Below, in pieces: positions 1 to 13,399 of a stretch of DNA of 64,000 nt; the stretch's first letter is position 1, and every line of letters starts with the position of its first letter. The stretch comes from Azolla caroliniana. Taxonomy: Eukaryota > Plantae > Polypodiophyta. The stretch covers positions 6,200,001 to 6,264,000 of the forward strand of contig JBHGNT010000012.1 of NCBI GenBank assembly GCA_043228905.1, given 5' to 3'. The notes under the pieces are model-generated. The model made no database searches. It was given only the letters and a program-made list of their open reading frames with translations, and was not told where the DNA came from. The position numbers and the translations under genes are program-made.

Positions 1-324
1 TCGCAAGTTTCACCCTTTGGTATGTGTGGCAAACACGTCTTCCAAGATTTGCTACACCCCTCAGAGGACATGGATATTTGGTTCACAATTATCAAATACT
101 TACGAAGGTAGTTGGATGAGGTTTGCAACCATTTCAACGACATGGTCACTGCTCACTTACGCTTTTGGGAGAAATGGAGGAACACACCGATGGTGATGCA
201 AGGAGGAAATGGCCCAAGGTGGAACTACCAACCCCCACACTAGCTGTTTTCTACTCAGAAGGCCAGAGGGTTGAACTCATACTGGCTGATGATGATTGCC
301 ACTAGTTTATAGCTTTAGATACCA
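1..324 (-). mobile_element. Degenerate LTR-retrotransposon 5' internal region with iMet PBS-like site
   Basis: GCTTTAGATACCA at 312-324 reads TGGTATCTAAAGC on the minus strand, a tRNA-iMet PBS variant. No intact ORF. Confidence 0.3.
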
Positions 325-619
325 ACTTACATTAAGTAGAAGGTAAGAGAGGATGCGTACGTAGAGTCATATTCGTGAACTTAGCCGGGGGTGATTCCTC
401 GACTTATATACTTGCACAGTCTTTCTGTAAAAATCTCTCCTAACTAATGGGAAAGTAGCTCCTTTTTTGGAAAAAAATGATATAAAAACATTATCAGCAT
501 ATAGTAGTATAAAAATAATGCATAATTGTACTTTTTTTGTAAAAATACTTGTATAGTCTTTTTGTAAAAATCTCTCCTAACTAATGGGAAAGTAGCTCCT
601 TTTTCGATGGACATGTATG

Positions 620-1290
620 ACAAATGTGGTAGGTTTGGAACAACCAAGGAAGTGCTAGAAAAGTTTGTTTTTCAAGATGTGAATAGCTTGGAATGCACTC
701 ATTATAACATATGTCCAGCATGGACAAGGCCACAAAGCACTCAATTCATTTGAACAAATGCAAAGCATGGGCATTTCTCTGATTTGGATAATGGTATGAC
801 ATCATTGTAATTTCTTTGCCTATAAAGATTGGCGAGGGTTTTTTTGTCTTACTTATCTTACCTAGAAAGACTGGCTAAAGTCATTCGGCATGGTTTTATA
901 ATATTTGAAGTAATATTAGCCTATTTTGTACATGGCCTCTGGCCACTTTCATTTTAATACCAATGGAGGATATTTTTTTAGGAAAAAAAATAAAAAAATA
1001 ATGCATAATTTTTGGGCCATTAAATCCAACAACATCAAATAGCGTGGGAGAGAGTGGGCACCCTTACTTCATCCACATGTTGCTCAAAAAGTACTTCGAG
1101 AAACCATTGCCCAATTTCAATTAGCTCCAACCTTGCTCATATAATCATGCTACTAATGGCATTTTGATCTCTATCAATCATTTCCAAAGCTTACTCATTA
1201 GGGTTCAATGTCAAAGCATTTCTTGAAGTCCACAAAACAATAATATAGCATTTGCCCTTATAGTTGACTTTCTTCCATAGTAACTCTTAA
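620..1290 (-). mobile_element. LINE reverse-transcriptase relic
   Basis: Manual minus-strand translation gives YCFVDFKKCFD (~1210-1245) and MK*GCPLSPTLF (~1037-1072), the degenerate LINE RT motifs FVDFxKAFD and GVKQGCPLSP. Outer limits are approximate. Confidence 0.55.
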
Positions 1291-1935
1291 TGTACCCAAA
1301 TGATCGATAGTTCATTGTTTTGGTTTAAACCTTGCTTGACCAAACGTTCATTTGTGATAGTGTTCAACCCATTAACTAATTTTTTGTTCCATGATAATGC
1401 TATATAACTAGGCCATAACTGAACTAAGCATAATAGTTCAATGGTTGGATACAATTTTTTTTTCTCCTCTATAGATTCATTTAATCCAATTTGTGACACA
1501 ATCTTCAAAGAAACCTTGCTTGATAGCTTGATCTACAATAGTTGCTACCCATGATCAAATTCATGATTCCTATCAAGAGCTCACTTAACATTAAAGTTGC
1601 ATCTACTATTTTGTTATTTTACATCTTTTTTGCCCCTCTATTATTATCTTCAATAGACACACATGCCTTCTGCACAAGTACTTAACCATCAGTAGTCACT
1701 TGTAACAATGACATTTGCGCTCAAAAATGCCAATCAACCCACAAGTGTTCTTCAATTAGTTAAGGTAAAGGAGCTTGCATCAATGTTATAGTTTGTAGTT
1801 GTTTGATAAACCCATAATTGGGCGAGATGCGTGATAATTGTTGTTCTTCAACAAACTCCAAAATTCTTTGAGATCAAGCCTCAACCATATCTCCCACCTC
1901 TTTGACCCCCAAACAAAACAAGCGATAAACCTTCT

Positions 1936-2061
1936 CAATGAAATATTAGACAATAAATATCTATGGTTGTGAGAGTGAATACATGGCTTGAAATAATGAA
2001 AATCTACAAGTCATCATATGCATAGATATGACCAATATTATTGCTTCCTTGCAAGTGCTTG

Positions 2062-2097
<36 letters not shown>

Positions 2098-2514
2098 TCC
2101 CCATCCTAGTCTTTGCATTTTTTCAACTCTTCCATTAACAAGGACATGAATTATTTTTACTTGAGTAATTTCATTCAAGTCTTTGCATTTAGGCTGCCCG
2201 CAATGAAATATTAGCCAATAAATATCTATGGTTGTGAGAGTGAATACATGGCTTGAAATAATGAAAATCTACAAGTCATTATATGCATAGATATGACCAA
2301 CATTATTGCTTCCTTGCAAGTGCTTGGGTCTGTCTCTGTCTCTGTCTCTGTCTTTATCTGTCTCTATCTGTCTCTATCTGTCTCTGTCTCTGTCTCTATC
2401 TCTCTGTCTCTCTCCCCATCCTAGTCTTTGCATTTTTTCAACTCTTCCATTAACAAGGACATGAATTATTTTTACTTGAGTAATTTCATTCAAGTCTTTG
2501 CATTTAGGCCGCCC
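1936..2514. repeat. Tandem duplication (~265/315 bp) with an internal microsatellite
   Basis: CAATGAAATATTAG... starts at 1936 and again at 2201. The units are near-identical except (CT)n in copy 1 versus (TCTGTC/TCTATC)n in copy 2. Confidence 0.9.
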
Positions 2515-4010
2515 TCTTAAGAACTCATTGTATGATATAATACTCATTACAAACCCCTCCTTAGTTTCATTCCCATACCAGACCCTTTATGAAAATATGT
2601 AGGGAATTAAACATCAAATTCTTGTCATCACCTTATAGGTACAAGCAAGTAAAAAGGGTATGATAACATGAATTGATATCTTCATATGATAGATTAACAT
2701 TAATTTCTAACTTAAATATTTTTTCGCCAAGCCTTGGGTAGACAAGAATAGGTTTCTAGAATGAATTAATATCTCTCTTCATCATTAGAACCTTATTGAA
2801 GGCGATTTTTGAATGTGAGGGATTTCCTTCTTGAGTGTATAGGAAACAAGGGAGGCTATCATCTTGTTCATGGATGGGATCTTCATGTATGTAGTTGACC
2901 GAATGGCATTTCAATTATCAATTGACATTACTTCACATTGAAATATCTGGGTAGCCATATGATGGATGTTTTGAGATGATTATAATGTGGAAATGTAACA
3001 TACATAATGCATATGTTACATGTGCATGGTAAAGATAATGATGATAAAAACAAAGCAAAAAAGTACAAGGCATACAAGATTGTACACGTTATGACTTGTG
3101 CTTGCAAAAAAGTGCATTTGATCTTCTATAATATTAGCTTGAATCTCAGAGTGTACTTTTCTTTGTCTTAGATAGACAATTAGAGGTAGCTTTGGATTAC
3201 TTTTCTTTATTACTTCCTCTATCAATGCCATTTAAGCAAGTAATAGGGAAAAGCTTTACAATGCTTCCATGTCTTTCTTTACCTCCCCAAATCCCCCTAA
3301 ATGTTTTGTCATTCTCCCTTGAGAAGTTATAGTGTAGTTATATTTGTGCTATTTTATAGAAATCAATTTTTGCACATTGAAAAGTTTGGTACTATTTTCT
3401 GAAATTTGTCCTTTAAACTCTCACTATGATTTCATTGGAGTGTTAATTTTAATGATAACCATAAAAAAGTAATTGTTAAATCTCCAATGATGAGCTATGG
3501 TCTATGCAACATAAGAAATTTGTCATCCTATAGTACGAAATCCACGCCTCGAAATAACTTTTCATTATATTCATGAAGGGCGGGATCATTTTTTACCTTT
3601 CCAACATAAATATCTTTTTCTCTAACTAGTGTTTCTTTTAAGGTTGTGGTAATCTCGACAAAAGAGTTCACATTGGAAGAGGGCCCATTCTATAGGAAAC
3701 TTGCTTATTATTACAGTTAATATTATTGATATTTATTAAACATCTCTCCATTAAGAGTAACTTGACGATATTGTTAAGACAAATTAATTAAGTGAGAACA
3801 TGTTTTTACTTCAAAAATATTCCATGCTTACTTCGTTGTGTTAATAGTAAGTTCCCATAAATCTGAAATTAAGAAGCAATTGAAAATTCGAAAACCTTAA
3901 TAGAACTAGAGGTGACTTATATTTTTCAACTCCTTTTGATTGAACACACAATGTAATGTATAGAAAACTTTGTAATGAATGGTGCCTCGAAGATTTTAAC
4001 TCCTTTTGAC

Positions 4011-4523
4011 TTAACATGGTGGCATGTCTGGTGGAGGCGGTGGTAAGATTTGATCAGAATTTCGACCATTCTTGACAATGAATGCCATAGACATTCCCCA
4101 AGCTGTATGCAAGTCAATGTGACAATGCATGAACCATACACCTGCATACGAAAAATAAGAAGTCTTAGATATCATCAAGGCATTAAAGAAGGATTGGCAA
4201 AATACCCCAAACTTGAAGTTTAAATCTCCAAATAGTTGGATGAACCCTTAATATATATATATATACATAGAAGTTGGAAAGGTGATATTGTGGAACAATT
4301 TGGTGGAACCACATCACAAACAATATGCACATGCACAACTATATTTACAATATACACTAAACCTTAACCCAAAATTTGTCAAAAGGCAGTACTGTTGAAT
4401 AATTTGGAAGATACACCATAAATCATATATTCATGAAAATGTACTAGAAGAATGCATACACATGAATAGTAGGTACAATATACCTATAGGTATGTACACA
4501 TTACAATCAAAATGGTCACATAC

Positions 4524-4562
<39 letters not shown>

Positions 4563-7500
4563 CCCAAAAACCATAGGTTCATATATAGATTCATACCCGT
4601 GAACCATATATACATGGACATGTACTATGGACTCAGAATTTGCACGGACATTTACCTAGATACCAAATTTACCCATCTAAATCCTTCACACTTACGAGAA
4701 GCATAGAACTCTAAATTTGTGGAAAGTTTGCATGCTTATATAAACTTGACCATGAATTATGTAGAGGTTCTTTGGTATGTGTCGACGTGATAAAAAGTAG
4801 GCCATAATACCTGGGTTTGTAGTGGAGAAACGGACTGCAGCCCAACCACCAGAAGGAACTGAGACGGTGTTGCGAGAAGGGGGGTTGCGAAGGTTGAAGG
4901 ACGCGGGGTCCGAGGAGGCATTGTAGTTGCCAAAGCCAGAGCCAACAATGTAGAAGTTTTGGCCATGCAAATGGATGGGGTGGCTCTCTAATTGTAGAGA
5001 TGCAGTACCTTGGAAAACTATTTGCACACTTTGCCCAAACTCAAGTACTTTGACTCGTGTCCGAAGCTCGGAATATGTCACATCGCTATCACCTGTGTAG
5101 TTGAAAGGGTTGGTCGGAGTGTCAGGGAACCCTGCATCATACACTCCATTGATATGGTTGTAGAAAGCCTGCCCAAAAGAAAATGAAAACATCATGTTCA
5201 CCCTAAAGCTATTTGTCTATACAGTAGGGTGATATTTGCAACAATGTTCTTGAGATGTCTCTTTACCAATCAACCAAGCTTCCTTTCCAAGTGGCAAATT
5301 TATTGATGAAGATATTTGTCTTGAACTTTAGGAAGGTCACAAATTGTCAGTTGTTTTTTGTGCAAAGACAATAAATTTATGGGAAGTCATAAGAAAATGT
5401 TCTATTTCTACTATATGAGATATTCAATGCTTCACATGGATGCAATTTTACTTGTTGCGGGCCATTTTGGGTTTCAAATGAAGCTCATATTTTTTTAAAG
5501 GTTACATAAACAAAGCTCGATTGGAAATACATGAGATCAAGGTTCACTAACCATAAAGCTTTCACATTGCATACTTTGATGTGTGAAAGGTTCCGAATGA
5601 AAAAGATAATATCAAAAGCTATTTCTTTGACGTTGACAATTCAAAAATCAATTAAGAGATAATAGTATTAGTACTCCTAGAAATACTATCAAGAATTGAG
5701 AGTTTTTTCTTAAATTTGTGATTGTCAATGTTAAGGCAATGTTGTTAATTTGTTACCCATATAACAAAACTTGCTTTGTCATAGATTTTTTAATGTGTTT
5801 TTAATGTCCATAAAAAGTTCGGCCATACCATTATTTAAAGCACACTGTGAAAACGCAAATTCGGGATGCATCAAAGCATATCACTATATTAAAGAATCAC
5901 TTTATGTCTTACATTATAGAAACAAGTTTTGAGGTGATGTATTTCACGATAATGATCAAAATGATTATTAAACATTCGAGGCATACCTGCAAAATGGAGA
6001 TGTTTGGTGATAAAAATGTTTGGTTATTTAGACTTGCTGAAAGACCAAACCCTTGCAAACAAGTCGCACATGGTTGTAAGGAATAACTGACGGTATAAAA
6101 GAGATCATAATCGAGCTTCATAGGAACTGTATAATAGTAGTAGCCTTGTGAATAGTATTGCCCTTTAAGTGATTGGGAGAAGTTGTGTGCAAAATTGCTA
6201 TTGTCATAAGCCGGAAAAGTAGGGAGGGTTAGTTGGGAAAATGTTATGCTGGAAACCAATGATGAGGTATAGGACAATATGGCCGTTGTGGGTATTGTAG
6301 GGAATGGCACACTTGTAGCATTGGCTGGTGAAAACACTGAAGCTGCAATGTAATAGTTTCCTTTTGGTTGATTTGCTTTTATGAGGACATTGGTAGTTTG
6401 CCCTGGTGCTAGTACTATTACATCAGTTTCAAAGGATTCAGTGTACTCAGCATCAGCCTCAACAACTGTGATATTATGATTGGCAACGGAAAAGAACAAC
6501 TGAAAGTTGAGGGCTGCATTGATCACTCGTAGAAGGTAGGTTTTCCCTTGCTTGACATCGAACACTTGTGTCACTATGTGAATGTGTACAAAAAAACATC
6601 AATTGTTATTTAGGTGCTCGAGTGAACTTCATAATTTTTCTATGAGTAACAAATTGTTCCTTGGATTTCACGATATCTATGTTATATATTGTGTAAAGTG
6701 ACACGATTTTCGTATTGTAACAAGCATTGGATAATCATCGCACACACACTCTCACCTACACATACAGACATACACAATTATTATTAATAAATCTACGTAC
6801 AATGTTGAGAACAATTGTATAAGGCTCCCGGATGCCCATTTATAGTTAATGCATCGGAGATGTTATAACCCCTTCCTACTGCAAGAGCCTCTTTAAGCAC
6901 CTCTTCTACATCAGCATTCCACCACTCTCCTGCAATTAACCAAGGACAACAAAAATGTTATGACATGAATGATAGCTTGTGATTATACATACAATTAAGT
7001 CACGTGAGCATATCTTTTAACTCATGATAGCCCATATGGTTTTCAATGCAAAGTTTAAATTAATTGAAAAAGAGCCAATGCTTGGGGTTTATTTCATTCT
7101 TAGTGTTACAACCATTCCATGATCATAAAGCACAACTTGAGCTTCATTACATGAAGTTGTATATAAAGCTATAGTTTTGATGTATTAGAGAATGTTGTGC
7201 TAAGAAATTACCGCATATAGTTGGCTCGTCTTTCAAAAGGCAAATTATTATTAGCCAAAATATTAAGTTTCATGGTAGAACAAAACAAATCAAATTCAAT
7301 GTCATTATGTTTTACATTGTTTAGGACTAAATTGTAAAGAAAAGATTAGAAGTGCCTTATATATTAACCAATGGTAGTGTAGTTGATATGTCACTCCTTC
7401 ATGTATCAAATATTTGTGGTACTAGTGTAATTGTGTACAAGTAGATTGGCAAAATGTTTGATTATGCAATCATTAACTGCTCCTAGGAATTTGGGACTAG

Positions 7501-10500
7501 CTACTGGTGTACTTGGGTAACAAACATTTTTATTACTTTACTTTACCTTTACTTTTATGTGAGTGCATTCTTGTAAGTTTGACTTTTTGAAACTTTTACT
7601 TCGCACCATGAAAAACTTAAGTCTATTTCATGCTTATCCCTTGTCATAATTAATTGTTAGCTAGACATACCCAAGAGGAAGGTATACTCATGGGCAGGCT
7701 TTGGGAAGGGGTAACGACTCTTGTGCCGAGGCCGAATGACTATGGCACCATAGACGGTGGCGCGGAGCCAACTGATGTGTGCATGCCAAAAGAGTGTCCC
7801 ACGCTGATCCACAATCTTGAAACGTTGAACGAATGATGTCCCTGTTTGGAGCGGGCACTGTGTTATGTATGCAGGTCCATCGGCCCACGCTGACAAAACC
7901 TGCCGCACACCATGCCTAGGTTCAAAAAGAAAGGTTGAGTAACACGTTGTCACATGCAACATAAAACTTGGGGTTACATAGTTTTAATGCTCTATTGTAT
8001 AGAATGTTTGTAAGATGGGTTAACTTAGCCTCGTAAGTCATGGGACACCCCATGACCAAGCATTTTATTGGAAAGGAGCATACAATTTTATTATGCTTTC
8101 TGAGAATCTTGTCAGAAGTAAATTTGCAATTGTCACCTTCTATATGAAACATTACCCATTCATTTATGAAATTGTGTTTCTTACCAAGCTTCTCTTTCTC
8201 TTAATTAATGTTATTTCTTTTAGCATAAATTCTTTCCTTTTGCCGCCATATGAGTCTCACATATTCTCCATGCACCTTTTCTTGTTCTTTGCCTTTATTT
8301 ATTTCTTCAATGTGTCAAATTATAGATTTTATAAATCTAAAGCAAGATACGTCCTAGCTTCATAATTTATCCCAATTTGTCTTATTATTGATTACACAAC
8401 ATTGATTATTGAATGGTCAACAATCTTGTCGTATCCCCTAGCTTGCAAGAGCATTGAATTGCTACTATGTGATTAAAGAGAGATCTATAAATCTTCATAT
8501 TTTCCTTTGCTAGATGGAGAATGAATGCATACATGACACATTTCAAGGATTTTTTCTTTAGTGTTCAAGCAAGTAGCATTCTTTTCCATGTATGAAACGT
8601 CACTCTTACTTTTACAAATAAATCTGACAACTCCCAAATTTCGAAAAGTGTTACAATTAACGAGAGTATACTTTTTTCTAATTTATGGTCCACAGGACTT
8701 CTGTTATTTAACAACTAGAATGCCTTTGCAAGCTTCTCGCCATCTTCCCCTAGTGCCTAGAAACATTAATGCCCACATGCATCTACAATGAATGTTATGA
8801 CACCGTCCAATATTGTCTTCAAACTTTAATTCCTAACAAACCTTCCATTTTAAAAATATCTATGAGCTTTCTGATAAATATCCAAAAGTCTTTTCATGCT
8901 GCACCACAATGTTCCTTTTGACATTAGAAGTGCCAAACTTTTGAAATAAAACAATCATATCTTGGTTCTTGTGGTGGGCTCAAATGACCTTCCTACGAGC
9001 ATACTTTTAATTTATGTTTGAAACTTTATGTAGTATCTGCTGCTTGATGTTCTATAACATTTTAAAAGAAACACTTGGTAATTAGTTGCTCCTTTTTAAA
9101 ATATGCTTATTCATGCAGGACATAACTTGTCACTTCATGTTATGACACAATTATGTTTATCACTTTTATAGGTTATGTGTGTAGGGCTCTCATAGAATAA
9201 TGTAATAACATATTGACTAAATATCCTCGAGTAGACATAGGCTTAGCTTACTTTTGGTTGCAATGGCCATACTAGGTGATGACACTAGGTATAGTGTCAT
9301 CTTTACGAGTCAACAATTCAAAGACTTGGAGGAAAGTCGATCCTTGATGTATTCTTGCTTACTCTGCAGAAACACTAATGTGTCCTTCTTAATTGAAAGC
9401 GCTGGAAGAAAGTGTGGCCTTCATACGTGCACGTTTTAAGAATTTCCGAAAGCGAGGTAGGATTACCTAGGACAACTACCCCCACTACATCAACTTTCTA
9501 GCCAAGTGTATAACACCTCATCTATGATTGATGGATGATAGCATGTGTGGTGGAAAAATGGTCAAAAGATTATGATGATTCACCTAAGTGCCGAAAAAAG
9601 TTTTCATTATTTAATATTCCAAACTTCCAAGTACAATTACAAAATATTTAGAAAATACCCAAGCCTAGAATTGATCTTCTATAAGATATTTAATACGCTA
9701 ACAAGACACAAGAAGTATCACGTGACTACTCTAAGGATTAGCAATAGAGAAGAGAGAGTGGAGAAAATGAAGACATGGATGATGTAAGCACACTCTCGAG
9801 GAGAAGCCACATGATATTCAGTTAAACCATTACCCACGTAATATTGTAACCATTTAAAAATGATTATAAACACCTTATACTAACTATTCAAGTGGATCAA
9901 AAAGAGGAGGTGATTAAGTAACCTAAACATTATACAAGTTGACAAGATAACCTAAACACAATGACTCGTTAAAAGATAGGAAACGAACTTTAATGGATCA
10001 ATCCGAAAACCTTACTATAAACGACCAATGTTTTAGACCATATGTCAATATACTCTTAACTTGTAAAACCCTATCTTAGAGCTATCTTATCATTACTTTT
10101 CTTTACAAATAAATCCATATATACATACATATACATTCAATAATTAAGTTTTCTTACACCAACATAAGAGATGCCCCCCGTGAAATGTGTGACAGAATGA
10201 TTGTGCTAATTTCTCGATATGTAACCATTGCAAACATTAAAAAACAGCAATAACAATACTAACATCAATAACATTGGAAACATGAATGACGATAACAAAC
10301 AAGTAATAGTACTCAATATACATTTGAACATTGAATGGCATAATATAAGCTTCATACCAATGGATGGTGATGTTGTCAGACACGAGGTTGGTCACGTTTA
10401 CACTCACACGGTCCCCTTCCTTTACTGTCAACGTTGGCCCGGGGAACATACCATTAACTGCCACAATCGTCTTCGTATGACAAAGGCGTGTCACATTCAA

Positions 10501-10969
10501 GTAATCAACCTGTCAAAATTACAATTAACTTTCAATAACATATCACTATATGTACATTAATTCTCATTATACAGAAATTTTATCAATCCTCCATTCACAC
10601 ATAACCCTCATTGATGTAGAATTCAAATACATTATCATTTACTTGCTAACAATTGTAGAGATCATGGTCTTAATTTATGCAATGGTTTTGTAGTTACTTA
10701 GAATCTTCTTCCATAGATGGAGGATATTTGCATAATTAAGATGTGCTCAAGCCAATTATCATACACAAATGTTAACATGCTCAATATGATCACAATTTAT
10801 ATGCTCAAATTTACCTATGTAAGGCTTAAATGTGAAATTCTTTGTTGACAATTTTGCAATTAATCCTCACCACAAAGTCGAAACGTCGATGTGCTGCATG
10901 TGCAACAAGGACATGTGATACCCACATGAGAAGAAAGCAAACCCATAAAGCTCGGGATTCGAACACCAT
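4011..10969 (-). CDS. LAC: Laccase (multicopper oxidase), 7 exons, 566 aa
   Basis: Exons 10969-10871, 10509-10358, 7915-7671, 6929-6801, 6573-5987, 5168-4811, 4141-4011. All introns are GT-AG and the total is 1701 nt in frame. Signal peptide present. Cu motifs: [42 protein letters not shown]. Ends PPPPDMPPC*. Exon sizes 152/245/129/131 are typical of plant laccases. Confidence 0.95.
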
Positions 10970-13399
10970 GTTGCAAGGCACTACTAAAGATAGGTTGCAA
11001 TTGATCACTATTGAAGATTTTGTCGAACGACGAAGTTTGTGGTGTCCTTCCTAGGTAAGGTTTTGATGTGATAAACTAAACAATTTACGATTCAAATGAT
11101 TGAGAAAGTAGAGAACCCAAGGAGTTAATGATGAGCCTGTGAGTAGTTATGCCAAGCTAAACTAAACAAATTACATGTAAGTCAAGATGGTAGTATTAGT
11201 GGTATGTTAACATATTTGGCATTGGACAGAGGGCATTGGCAAGCTGCTTAAATAATGTCCCTTTGATTGGCAAGTGCCTTTCAGGGGCAGTAAAAAGAAA
11301 AGTGCCTGTCTTTTTTACTCTCTTTTCTCTCAAATGTTTGATTCCAAGTCTTTTTTTTTTTGGCCCCGCGCATGTGTACATGTGTGTGTGTGTGGGGGCA
11401 TGTGTTCACAACCCATAGGGTGTTTACAATTCATGGTATTAAAAGACCAAAGGTTAAATGATGAAGTACACAACTAGACAACTTGGGTTCAAAAGCAAAA
11501 AAATGTTGACACTATCATGGATATGTCATTTCACAAATGCCAACTACCATAGCCCTCAAAACAATATAAAACCATTTGTTTTGAACCCATTGCTTTGCCA
11601 TATCGAGGATTACTATGATTGTAATCCAATCTCTATTGTTATTCTTTGCTTGCTCTTAAGAAAACAAAAACATGGATCAACCATAGCTTTACGATGCTCA
11701 TCTAATTGGTTGAAATTTATCATATTGTTTTGTTTTCCCCGTAACTTGTCTTAAGAAACCATATAGTAAGTGAATTTAGAAAAAATAAGGTGGGATTTGG
11801 GAAGTGTGAAAAATATTGTCACATTTACGTGAATTTGAAGTTGTTATTATACACTAAACAAAGCTCATACATCACATTGAATGGATGCATGTATGTAAAT
11901 ATTGTAAGTTACTGCAACAAAGTAAACCCATCTCTCTCAATTTATATGCTTAATGACACTTTAGTTTCTAGAAAAGTCATCAATTAGCTACAATAGTCTA
12001 ACAAAGTGTAAAAGATCTACAATCTATATTGGCATGTCTGACGTAAATCTAATCCTATTTTGTCAAAGAAAACACATGAAATCATTGGATATGTTGAAAT
12101 GCGTATGTGACTAAGTCCTTGTGACAACAAAGATTTTCTCTCATTAAAAGCATCAATGATTATTGAAAGTCACTCCATGTTGTTTGGTTATAAAGTGGTT
12201 GCTAGTGTGTCTAGGGCATCCCATCAAAGGGATCTTAAAATCACGAAGTTCAAAATCCTATTAGATTTCTAGTCAATTAAAACTCCACACTTTCAAATTT
12301 TATGGGATGGGGTGTAACAATTTAAAACGGTTTAGGAATTTGTTAGAAATTTGAATTGATTGGGTCTTCATGTCTTAGTATCGTTTGAATAAGGTTGAAT
12401 TAAGCAAGCAAATATAATTGGACAATTGAAAATTCAATGGGACACAATGATTATTTTATATGGCAAAATATGTATGTGTATGTTTGTTTGTGTCGTGTGT
12501 GTCTGTGTGTTGGGGGGAGGGACGGGGTCTTCATAGATGTCATTTTCTGAACACCTCCTTTGGGAGAGTATAGATTTAGAATGATAACTGTGAAGCCATT
12601 TGGCCAAGAAGATTTGATTAGACGAATTCTTAAAATATTGAGGATAAATCTGGTGACAGAACACGTGGACAAATCATGCAAGTGGATTCGTGGAGGAAAT
12701 TGCTTCCATAGCTTATAAAAAGATGTTTGGATTGACATATTTAAAGTTATACGCGTATGGCTCATGAATTGTTTTATCTAGTGACCTCGAGGTTGGATGT
12801 TGACATTAAATACATTTCATGGGAACTAATGTCAATCAAAATCTCAACTTCCTATTATAATTTGTCGAGAATAATTAAAGGCTCATTGATAAAAAAAGAA
12901 CTATTTTCGAATTGATGGTAAAATGCTCTATTCATGATTTTCAATTATGTTAAATGCGATATTTAGGACTTTCAATTTGAATCGTAAACCAATCCATTTC
13001 TATAAAAGTGAACCTCCAATACATAAACTGTTGAAATCTTTTGAGTTGAGTCACACATCCATCCACTTCTATGAAAGAGATCCCTAATTTTCGCGAAAAG
13101 TTTCACTAGAACGATAGTTGTTAGTTCAACAAAAGGGGATAAGGGACTAAGGCACTTGCATAGATGAATACAAAAAAGGCTCACCATATTCATAAATATG
13201 CAAACTCATTTTTGGGCCATTTTGTATTAGAGAGAGAATAGTGCAAACACTCAGACGAGGGCTCACATAAACGAACAAATTCAAATTTCGGCACCACTAA
13301 ACCCATATGAACATTAAAAAACTATCCGTTTCTAAGGTATTCCAAATTTCCACACAATATTTGTGCACATGGACATCATACTCTTCTCCCGTGTATGCC

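Noticed and set aside
419-607. ~48-bp direct repeat (419 and 557)
   Set aside because: A local duplication in decayed TE sequence with no further structure.
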